Part shown: in pieces, positions 22,670-32,633 of the stretch
How the letters are laid out: each line of letters starts with the position of its first letter
Numbering within the stretch: the first letter of the stretch is position 1
Source of the DNA: an uncultured Holophagales bacterium
GTDB taxonomy: Bacteria > Acidobacteriota > Thermoanaerobaculia > Multivoradales > UBA5704
NCBI GenBank assembly: GCA_963842525.1
Contig: CAWJGT010000004.1
Coordinates: forward strand, 1-64,000
Direction of reading: 5' to 3'
DNA length: 64,000 nucleotides
Position numbers and translations under genes: made by a program
The notes under the pieces: model-generated
Database searches by the model: none
What the model was told of the DNA's origin: nothing
The model's input: the letters and a program-made list of their open reading frames with translations, nothing else

Positions 22670-25031
22670 CGGCACGGCGCGCGAGCGGATCACGCCACAG
22701 CGGGAGACGGTAGCGGAGCGGCCGCGGGTGAGGGCCTCCTCCAGGAGAAAGCGGGCCAGCGTGGCTACGAAGCGGTGATTGCGGCCGAGGTACTCCGCGC
22801 CCTCCGGGGCGGGCGAGGTGAAGGTGATGAGCCACTGGCCGGACTTGAGGTGCGGCAGGGCAAGGGAGATCACCGCCAGGAGAGGGGCCTTGGCCTCGGG
22901 GCTGACGGCGACGCGGAAGACGTCGAGTCGCTTGTCGCGAGCGATGCTCAAGCCGAGACGCTGGGCCGCGGCGAGGACGAACTCGCGGACGGCGGCGGGT
23001 CCCCGAGCACGGCGTCTGTGGCTTCCAGCTCCTGGCGCACGTCGCCGGGCTTGAGGGCGCGTTGGGCGAACCGGGTACGGTTGACCTTCTCCCGTTCGGC
23101 ATCTAAGTCCCAGCGGCGATGGAAGGTCGCGACCCGCGGTGCCATTCCCAGATCCAGCTCGAGCTGCGCGGCGGAGCCGGGGTCCCGTCGGCCGCGGAGG
23201 AACAGGGCGTTCAAGACGGCTTCGGTGACACTCTCGCTCTCTTCGGGGACGGGCACGTGCGTGCCCAGCGTGCGGTGGATTTCCCGGGCCTTGTTCAGGA
23301 GCACGTCGAGCACGATGCCGTCCACGGCGCTGTCGGGGCTGAAGTAGCGGATGCTCCGGACGGCCGGTCTTTTCTGGCCGTAGCGGTCCACGCGGCCGTC
23401 GCGCTGTTCGAGGCGGTTGGGGTTCCAGGGGGAGGTCGTAGTGCAGGGTGGCGTCGAAAGCGTCCTGGAGGTTGATCCCCTCGCTGAGGCAGTCGGTGGC
23501 CACGAGCACGCGCGGCTTGTGCGCGGCCTTTGTGCAGCCCCTCGGCCACATATTCCGCGGTGGCGATATAGCGGCACCAGACGATGGGAAAGAACCCCTC
23601 GCCGAGCAGGGTGCTGACGAGCTCGGCGCAACGGTCCAGCTTCGTGTCGCCCGAGCTGAGGAGGGCCTTGGCGAGGCGGCCGAGCTCGCGCAGGCGGCGG
23701 CGGTCGGTCTCGGCCAGCGTGGCCTCGGCTGACTCGACGGGGGGTGTGGGCTGCTCGTCGTCGGTGCGATCGTCGGCGGACTCGAAGATGAAGGTGCAGT
23801 CCGGCTCCTCGTCGCCGACGGCCAGGGCATCGTGCCGCGTCTCCAGGGCGGCGACGGCGGCCGCGGGGCTTGGACATCACGCAGCGCAGGAGGGCGAGGG
23901 CGCCCCAGTAGCGCACTCTCTGCTGGCGCTGGTCGAGGGCCTGTCCGGCGCGCACGATTTCCGAGCAGAAGTCGTAGGTCTTGACGAACAGGTCCTGGTA
24001 GCCGCGGGAGAGGCGGTAGGTCTCGTCGGAAGGTTCACGGACCGGGAAACAGTGCTCCCCCTCCCAATCGGTCTCGATGTCGCGGCGGGTGCGCTGCACG
24101 AAGCACTGGGCGAGCTCGATGCGTTGGGGCTCGGTCAACGCGGAGGTGGACCACTCGCCGAAGCCGGGGCGCAACAGGGACAGGAGGGAGCGGAAGGCGG
24201 TCTCGACGCCGCTGTGCGGGGTGGCCGTGAGGAGGATGAGGTGGCGGTCCTCCTTGGCGGCGATCGCGCGGACCAGCTCGTGGCGCTGGTGCTGGCTCTG
24301 GTTGCGGTCGGAGGCGACGGCGGAGCCGTGAGCTTCGTCGACGATGACGAGGTCCGGGCAGTTGAGCAGGAAGGGGTGCTTGTTCCGGTCGCTCTTGAGG
24401 AGTCGATGCTGGCGACCTGGACCGGGTAGTGGCGGTAGATGCTGTCGTGGCCGGGCTTCTGGCGCTTGAGCTGGCTGATGGTGCCGGAGCGGATGACGAC
24501 GGCGTCCAGGTTGAACTTCTCGGTCAGCTCTTTCTGCCACTGCTCGCAGAGGTAGGGCGGGCAGAGGACGCAGAAGCGCTTGACCTCCCCGCGGTCCCAG
24601 AGCTCCCGGGCGACCAGGAGGGCTTCGATGGTCTTGCCGACGCCCACGTCGTCGGCGATGAGGAGGCGGACGGGGTCGAGCCGCAGGGCCATCAGGAGGG
24701 GGACGAACTGGTAGATGCGGGGACGGATGGAGATGCGGCCGAGGGAGCGGAAGGGGGTGGCTCCTTCGCGCAGGGTGAGGCGCGCGGCCTGCCAGAGGAG
24801 GTGGGCTCCGGCGGCGTCGGAGAGGTCGTCGAGGGTCGGCGGCGGGAAGGTGGCCGGCCGGATGCGCTCCTGGGGGATGGTGGAGCCGATGAGGTCGGAG
24901 AGGCCTTTGTGGATGGCGACGACGTCGTCGGTGGCGCCGGTGAGGGGGCGGAGGAGGTGGATGTCGGGCTGGTCGCTCGGGAGGAGGACCCAGTCTCGGT
25001 TGCGGATGTGGACGATGGAGCCGGGGTTCAT
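22670..25031 (-). pseudogene. SNF2-like helicase (DISARM DrmD-related), multiply frameshifted and 3'-truncated
   Basis: [63 protein letters not shown] spread over several frames. Confidence 0.85.
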
Positions 25032-26174
25032 GGGTGTGGTTTGGTCGCTGGTTGCCCCTGGTTGAGCGGTGACGGGGGTTTAGCAAATGGGTGGGGGGGT
25101 GGTCAAGGGTGGCCACTCGAAGCCATGCAGTCGCCTCAACACTGCACGGTGAACCGTGTCTGACTCTAGAGAGGGTGACTTGTGGGGCTTGTGGAGCCGC
25201 CCCACCCAATTCTTGTCTGTACTGTGCTAGCATAATTGCCATAACCCTGATCTCGGAGGTAGCGAGCGTGACGCAAGGCTCCCGCGTTGCACCAAAAGAT
25301 CGCATGGTCCAAGTCTTGGCCTCCATCGACCAGGGGATGGAGAGGCTGCGCCAGAGTCCGCAGAGGGCGATCGCTGCGTTGCTATTTTTCTATCTTGCCC
25401 TGCTCGTTTTGGCAATCGCGGGCTATGCGCGGTTACCGGCGCCACCCGAGGCAGCAGCGAAACAAGCCGAGGCGTTTTCGGCCGTCCTGCCTCCTCTCTT
25501 TCATGCCGGTTTGGCATTTGCTCTGTTGCTTGTGTTGAATGCTGTCTATCGGTTGACCGGCCGTCGGCACGTCTACCTGTATTCCTGGGCCTACGTCAGC
25601 CTTCTGCTCCTTTACGGCTACCTCACACTCCGACTTTTACCCCAAAGCTGGGGCTTGGATTTCTTGCGGGAATTGCCGCCGTGGGGCCACCTTACTCTTG
25701 TCGAGCTTCTAAGCTTCGGTTCTACAGCCTCGGCCACACTTGCTGCGTTCGACCTGCTGGGATATGAGCTAAAGCGGCGGCAGACAATAACTCTCGCCTT
25801 GGCAGCACTCCTGGGAGTGATGGCCCTCCACTTTAGCGTCGAGTCGCTCGGAAAGAGAATAGAATCACTTGGACCTGTCAAGGGAGCAGACCTCGCGCTT
25901 CTTCCTGGCGGCGTGCTTTCACTTCTTTCTCTCTGGCTCTTCGGCTGGGCGGTGTCGGCGCGCGCCCGTAGGCAAGGCCAATTAAGAGAATCTTTAATTT
26001 TCCTCGGGACCTTCGGAATCTACGGCCTTTTACAACCCGCGATCCCCTTTCTCCAAAACCCTTGGCTTGGCTTAATCCTCCAGACTGGAACGTCCGTCTT
26101 CAAGGCTCTGTGCGCTGGAGTGGTGATCTACAGTGTTCTTCGAGAAATATGGCAAGAAAAGGGAGAACAATTCG

Positions 26175-26281
26175 ATGCAGCACAGAGAGAACGCACTGCA
26201 GCTCAAAGCGCTCGCGATGCAGCACAGAACGCGCGTGACGCAGCGCAGGGAGCACGAGATGCAGCACAAAGAGCGCGCGAC
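26175..26281 (+). repeat. 21-bp tandem repeat encoding AAQxARD heptads
   Basis: AAQRERT-AAQSARD-AAQNARD-AAQGARD-AAQRARD. Confidence 0.85.
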
Positions 26282-26777
26282 TTGCTGGAAAGCATCCTTG
26301 ACCGGACTCACCACGGCTTCTTCCGCACCGACAGCGACGGGTTGATCCTCGATCTCAATGCTGCTGAAGCCAGAATCCTTGGGTACGGCAAGCCAGAAGA
26401 GGTGGTAGGTCGCGTCAATCGCTTCGAGGTGATCGCCAACCACGCTGAAGCGGGCACGCTCCGGCAACGGCTTCTCTCCGGAGGGGGCGGGCACAGCATT
26501 GTTCAGCTAGTTCGGCAGCCCGCTGGTGCGATTGTCCATGTGCGCACCTATGGGCTTCCAGCACAGGATCACAGCCAGCCAGAGGAACACGGTTTTCAGG
26601 GGATTGATCATGACGTTACCGAAGAGCGTCTCCAGGAGCTCCGGCGAGAGTCAGACTTTCATCTCCAAGAGAAATTGGGGCAAGCTCTCGATCAGCCCAG
26701 CATAGCCGCCTATTTCTCTCATATCCTCGAGACAATTGCCCGACACGCAAACGCCGCTGCGGGAGCTCTGCTGCTTA

Positions 26778-28093
26778 GGGCTCGTCACAAAATAACTGTC
26801 CCACATTTGGGTGTCCATGTCAAGTGTTTTCTGCTGTATACTCGGGTTGGATGTACGACGAAACGGCGATTCGGCGAAGGTTTGAGTTGCTTGAAGAGAA
26901 CCTTGACGAGAGGATGCGCCGACTTTTCGCCGCTGCAGAAGCGGAAGCACTTGGATTTGGGGGCGCTTCCGTAGTGGCGCGAGCCACCGGGATTTCTCGC
27001 CGTACGATCAACAGAGGCCTCAAAGAGTTACGGCAGGTTTCGGCGCCTCGGTCTCCTGCCAGGAGAACTCGCCGACCGGGCGGCGGCAGGAAGAAAACTG
27101 CCGAAGTGGATCAGACGTTGAAGACGGACCTGGAGCAACTCGTCAATCCCACCATGCGCGGAGATCCCGAGTCGCCCCTTCGCTGGACCTGTAAAAGTGT
27201 TCGCCGTTTGGCCGACGAATTAAAGCGGATCGGGCATCAGACGAGCCATCGCATGGTTGCCTCGATCCTGCATGAGCTTGGATACAGCCTTCAGGCCAAC
27301 AGCAAGACTCTGGAAGGCTCCAGCCACCCGGACAGGGATGCACAGTTCGGGCATATCAATCGGCTGGTGGAGGAGTATCAAGCAACCGGCGATCCTGTGA
27401 TCTCGGTGGACACGAAGAAGAAAGAGCTGGTGGGTGAGTTCAAAAATGGAGGCCGTGAGCTACGGCCTCAAGGCACTCCCGAAAGGGTCAAGGTTCATGA
27501 CTTTGTGATACCCGAGTTGGGCCGCGCCATTCCTTATGGTGTGTACGATCTGGCGAACAACAGAGGCTGGGTCAGCGTGGGTACGGACCACGATACAGCC
27601 AGTTTCGCGGTGGAAACAATTCGCCGCTGGTGGCGGTCAATGGGGCTGGAGGCCTTTCCCGACGCTCGGCGTCTTCTGATTACCGCTGATGGAGGCGGCA
27701 GCAATGGCGCTCGTCTCCGCCTGTGGAAAATTGAGCTTCAGCAACTGGCCAATGAGCTTGGGATACCGATCTCGGTGTGCCATCTCCCTCCTGGCACGAG
27801 TAAGTGGAACAAGATCGAACATCGGCTGTTCTCCTTCATCAGCCAAAATTGGCGAGGAAAGCCCCTCGTCAGCCATCAGGTCATCGTTAACCTGATCGCC
27901 GCGACAACGACCAAGACGGGGCTCAAGGTCCGTGCGGAGATCGACACAAGGAAGTATCCGCCAGGACGTAAAATAACCCGGCAGGAGGTGAAGAAAGTGC
28001 GCCTCAGTTGCGACAGTTTCCACGGTGAATGGAACTATACGATCCGCCCAATGGAGGAAGTCCAATCTGGGACAGTTATTTTGTGACGAGCCC
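26778..28093 (+). mobile_element. ISAzo13-family insertion sequence
   Basis: Perfect 26-bp terminal IR GGGCTCGTCACAAAATAACTGTCCCA; 3-bp TTA target duplication (26775-26777, 28094-28096). Confidence 0.95.
26851..28086 (+). CDS. ISAzo13-family DDE transposase
   Basis: GDPESPLRWTCKS, PVISVDTKKKELVG, ITADGGGSNG, PPGTSKWNKIEHRLFS. Confidence 0.95.
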   Translation: MYDETAIRRRFELLEENLDERMRRLFAAAEAEALGFGGASVVARATGISRRTINRGLKELRQVSAPRSPARRTRRPGGGRKKTAEVDQTLKTDLEQLVNPTMRGDPESPLRWTCKSVRRLADELKRIGHQTSHRMVASILHELGYSLQANSKTLEGSSHPDRDAQFGHINRLVEEYQATGDPVISVDTKKKELVGEFKNGGRELRPQGTPERVKVHDFVIPELGRAIPYGVYDLANNRGWVSVGTDHDTASFAVETIRRWWRSMGLEAFPDARRLLITADGGGSNGARLRLWKIELQQLANELGIPISVCHLPPGTSKWNKIEHRLFSFISQNWRGKPLVSHQVIVNLIAATTTKTGLKVRAEIDTRKYPPGRKITRQEVKKVRLSCDSFHGEWNYTIRPMEEVQSGTVIL

Positions 28094-29642
28094 TTAGCGG
28101 CGTAGATACTCAGAATGGAAACTCATTCCTTTGTGTGCAGGCTACCTTTGGCGATTCGGCCCTTTGGCGCGGAATGGTGATTTCGCCTCCTATACATCCA
28201 TCCTTGGAACCGTTCTTTGGAGGCACAGGCGACAACGAGGATTATGCAGCGTCCATCCTGAAGATCCTCCTTCCCTCGTCCCAGAATGTTCGTTTGTTAC
28301 AACTACCACTTCAAACGTTGCGGTCGCGGCATCTCGGCTGGGTCTGGCTGGCTGTACCGAACGAGCCGTTGCCCGACGGCACTAGCCTCGAAGGAGTAGA
28401 GTTTTTTCTTAGTCGAGCAGCAACCGGCTACTCGATCGTGTGGAGACCAGAGATCGACCGCATCCGTGGAAAGGTACATGAATTCTTAACCGGCAGTGGC
28501 GAGACCAGTCAACGACTCTCTGAACTCGAAAATGGCCTACGGCGGGAACTGGACGTTGACACGGCCCAGGTTACCCTTTTTCTCGGTAATCCCGACAGGC
28601 CGCAGGTCTCTGATGGACAGAACACACAGGGATTTGGTCCCAAACTTCTTAAGTCCTCAGAGGTGCTTCCGGATACTCCTGAGCAAGCACTTGATTTGAT
28701 GGCTTGGCAGACTTCGCAGGCTCAAAAGGGATCCGCGGCTATCTTTACAGAGATTCTTCTCCCTATATTTAATTCACGGAAGGATGCTATTGGGAGCCTG
28801 CTTCTCTGCAACCCCCGCACAGCGGAGGGGCGACCGAGCGCGTACTCCGAACTCGACCTCGAGCTTCTCTCCGAGGTAACTGAGACTATCGGGGGAATTG
28901 CGCAGACTTGGATTTCTCTCCGGGATCAGATTCGTCGCCTCGACACGGCGACCCATGAGCTCAGGTCCCCTGCCTTAGCTATCCGCAACACTGCGGATGT
29001 TCTCCTCAAAAACTATAGCGCTTACTCTCTAGAAGCTATTCACAAGAAACTTGAGTACATCTTCGGTGACGCGCAGATTCTTGTGCACCAGGCGAATGCA
29101 CTCGATGCTCTGGCTGATCGAACGCTGGCACGCAAGCCTCGTGAAATTCTTCTATTTCGCGAGGTCATACTCAAAACGATTCGACAGCTCAGGCCCTTGG
29201 TGACCAATGTAGATTTCGATTACCGAGGAGCTCACCTTATCCCCTTATTGATGCTCAACGAGGAAGATGCTTCGCAAATCACTTTTAATCTTGTAACCAA
29301 CGCTTTCAAATACGCTAAGAAAGGTGCTCCCCCGAAGCTCTTCGTAGAAGGCGAGCGGAAAGCGACCGTGGTGATTGGCGAAAAGAATGTTGAATGCTTC
29401 GCAATCCGATTCCGTGATTATGGCATAGGAGTACCTTCTGGCTGGGAAGAGCGTATCTTCGAGCCGGAAGTCCGTGCTCCGAATGGAGAAAAACACGAAG
29501 TGAAGGGCATGGGCCTTGGCCTCTATGTATCGAGGAAGCTTGCGCGGGGTCTAGGTGGCGAGCTCATGCTAACCAAACATCAGAACCCTACCGAGTTTAC
29601 TTGGTATTTGCCTGTCAGTCTCACAAGCAGAAAGGAAACGGC

Positions 29643-30053
29643 ATGATTCTTTTCGTGGACGACGAAGAGCGGAGGACAGAGGCATATCGCGAGGCTTGCG
29701 AGCTAGCCGGTCTCAAAATCGACTTTATCGATGATGCCGAAACGGTAGTCGACTTCTTGCGCGATAGAAAGGCCGAAATTCAACTTCTTGTACTGGACGT
29801 TATGATGCCGATGGGGTCTCGATACAATAGGCCTGAAGCAACCTTTGGAACGAGGACCGGCCTTGAGATCTTCAAAGACGTGAGGACGCTGAGTCCTACA
29901 CTCCCAGTCCTTCTCTTCACGCAATCCCACGACCGAGAGGTCGACTTGGCTGTCGAGGGCGACGACAACGCGCTAGTGGCACGAAAGCAAGACGTGCTCC
30001 CGTCAGATCTCCCAGCCCTAATCAAGCAGCACCTTGAGCGAGATACGAAATGA
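29643..30053 (+). CDS. Single-domain response regulator (REC)
   Basis: ILFVDDE...LLVLDVMMP...GLEI...PVLLFT...K; ATGA overlap with the kinase stop. Confidence 0.9.
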   Translation: MILFVDDEERRTEAYREACELAGLKIDFIDDAETVVDFLRDRKAEIQLLVLDVMMPMGSRYNRPEATFGTRTGLEIFKDVRTLSPTLPVLLFTQSHDREVDLAVEGDDNALVARKQDVLPSDLPALIKQHLERDTK

Positions 30054-32074
30054 CAGAGATGCACGCGCGATCTATGCCCTTTTTTTGCGAGTCGATCCAG
30101 TCGCTCAGTCAGCTCCTCGAGGTTGTCCATGATCAGCCGTCGTCTGCAGCCAGGGGTAGCCTTGTTCGAGGCCTGATCCGTGATATTGCAACTGTCGCGA
30201 GGCCAGAAGCCTCGACCCAGGAATTGGAGGGGGTCCGCGATCGCATTCTCAGCCTTCCCAACGTCCTGCGGCAGGCCGGTCCTGCCTCCTTCCCGCCGCT
30301 GCGCCAAGCCGCGCTCGCGACAGGGGAAACTCTCGGCCGATACGTCAACGCACGATCGCTCGCGCTGGCAAAAAGACACCTGAGCGGGGAGGAAAGGGAT
30401 GAGGTTTTGCGATCGTTGATGTGGCTCGCAACCGCTTCCCTTCCGGAGGACATCCAGAACCTCCTACCTCTTGTCGACGTAGTTTTCGATGACTCGGACC
30501 TAGAAGGACTACGTCGTCATGGAAGGAACCGCTTGAGCTTGATGGGCGCTCAGGGGGAAGGGAAGCTAACCTCGACGCGACGATCGGTCGTACTGCAAGA
30601 GAACGCACAGCCAACCAAGAGATACTTTATCGCTCGTAGTGATGGGGCACCGCTCGACAAAAGGCAGCGTTCAGATGTGGAGGATGCAATCAACTCCCTC
30701 AGCAGTGAGACCCGAATAGGCATTCTTGCGAGTGAGCTCAACGTCGAAGGTAGATTCGCTGTGGTACGCTTGCCGGAGCAACTTAAGCAGTTGGCCGCGG
30801 AGAAATGGTCGGAGCTTAGGATTGAGGAGGATGTCCGCCTTTCGGCGCAGCAGGCGGGACGCCGAGAGCTCACGCTCAAAGTGACCGACGAAAAGACCGG
30901 CGAACCAATTCCCGGGGTTTCGGTCATCGTATTGACTTCTGGAGCTGATGCTGAGGCAAGAGTCCTTCGGCTCGACCATAGAGGGCTGCTTTTAACTCCG
31001 GTATTTGGTAGCTCCGGCGTCAGGGTTGAGATCCGTCCTGAGCATTCGTTTTGGAGCCACTGCATGCAGTGGCCCGATTCCGTTCCCCAAGAGGAAGTTG
31101 AGGTCAAGATGACGCGCTTCTCCGTTCCAGACGATAGCTGGTGGAGAGGGGAGCTCGCGGATCGAGGCGGCCGTGGACGTGGCAAAGGAACTGGCTCGGG
31201 GCTGGGCGAGGGTGTAGTTATCGCGCTTATCGACACTGGAGTGGCGTCCCACCATGATTTGAAGCTGCACAGCGGTTGAACAGTCCCAGGGCTTGGCTCC
31301 TTGCGCTGGGACGAAGACGACGTGGGCCATGGCACATTCTGTGCAGGAATTATCAACGGGCAGGGGCACGACGGAGGCGTTCGGGGAATTGCTCCGCATG
31401 CGGATCTGTGGGGCATACGGGCTTCAGACAAGACAACCGGAATTGAGTTTTACCTTTCCAACGTGGTCGAGGGCATCTACGAGGCTGTCGATGAGCTTCA
31501 AGTGGATCTGATCAATATGAGCTTGGGAGGGCCGGTGGAATCGGCGGCTTTAGAGCGCGCGGTATCGTATGCCTGGGAGCGAGGCACATTGATAGTTGCC
31601 GCAGCAGGAAACGGAGCGCAATTGGGGGCTTATTATCCTGCGCGTTTCGATACTGTGTTAGGGGTGAGTGCCTACGGTAAGCGTAACACTTACCCGGCTG
31701 GATCGAAGCACAGTCAAACAGAGACCCACTGGATGTCGGAGCCGCAGGGGATCTTCGCGGCGGGATTCAGCAACTATGGCCCTGGCGTGGACCTTTGCGC
31801 TCCGGGTGTAGCAATCTGCTCTACTTACCCGGGTGATCTCTACAGGATCGACGATGGGACCTCGTATGCGGCGCCCTTTGTCACCGGAGTCGCAGCACGA
31901 CTACTGGGGCGAAAGAGAGGCGTCCTTGAGGCAGAGCGTAACGCGAGTCGCTCTCGCCGCATCAGAGATATGGTACTTAAGCAGGCGCGCCCCATCGAGG
32001 GTCTGCCGGAAGGCCGCCAGGGGCGCGGCCGGCTCACTGAACTCAGGGTGGTGCGGAGAACCCGAGGCGAGTAG
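30050..32074 (+). CDS. Cytoplasmic S8 subtilase with N-terminal helical domain and I9-like prodomain; in-frame TGA at 31277-31279
   Basis: IALIDTG (Asp), GHGTFCAG (His), AAAGN, DGTSYAAP (Ser); both ORF halves share a frame; no signal peptide; ATGA overlap with the REC gene. Confidence 0.85.
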
Positions 32075-32122
32075 AATACAACGGAGCCGCGAGCCTGCGG
32101 ACGTCTGGAAGCGAGGCGAATC

Positions 32123-32389
32123 ATGGCAGAGAACCATCCGGAGTCAACAGGTGGCGCACCTTCGGTCTCCGCAGCCCATCGCTATTTGTTCTTCGCCGAC
32201 CCCAGGCAACTCACCACGGAACGCCTTGAGATGTGGCTCTGCCGCAATGGTGGGCGCGTCGTACGTCGCCTCCGCGGGGGCGAGGTCCTAGCTGTGGTTG
32301 ACGAGGATCTCCTGGCCACGCTTCGCCGTGAGCACCCCGAGGTAACCGCCGAGCCCGACGTTCTCCTTACCGGCTCGGCGGTCGGCTGA
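32123..32389 (+). CDS. Small stand-alone I9-prodomain-like protein
   Basis: RYLF...GRVVRRLRGGEVLAVVDEDLLATLRREHPEVTAEPDVLL parallels the protease's own RYFI...FAVVRLPEQLKQLAAEKWSELRIEEDVRL. Confidence 0.55.
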   Translation: MAENHPESTGGAPSVSAAHRYLFFADPRQLTTERLEMWLCRNGGRVVRRLRGGEVLAVVDEDLLATLRREHPEVTAEPDVLLTGSAVG

Positions 32390-32633
32390 GCCAAGACGGA
32401 CAGCTCCCCCTCCCCCCAGAAGCTCCAGAGCGACAGCCCCCGGGGCCCCCCTCCGGCCAAGCCAGCAGCACCGCCCGCGTTGGCGGCGATGATCATGTCG
32501 GCAGAGGACCGCATCTGGGCCGCCTTCCTGGAGCTGTCCTCTGATCTCGCCAGATCGCCTCGCTGTGTTCTGCTTGCGGTATCATTTGCCTTGCGGCATG
32601 TCGTACGCGCAACAGAAGATAACCTCATCCGAT

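Larger units (their letters stand above)
25268..29646 (+). pseudogene. Multi-TM PAS/GAF sensor histidine kinase interrupted by an IS
   Basis: GGAGGT SD before GTG 25268; multiple TM helices, PAS-like segment, H-box ATHELRSP, N-box NLVTNAFKY, DYGIG, GMGLGLYVS; removing the IS rejoins the two halves in frame (…LLL-SGVDTQ…LCVQATFG). Confidence 0.9.
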
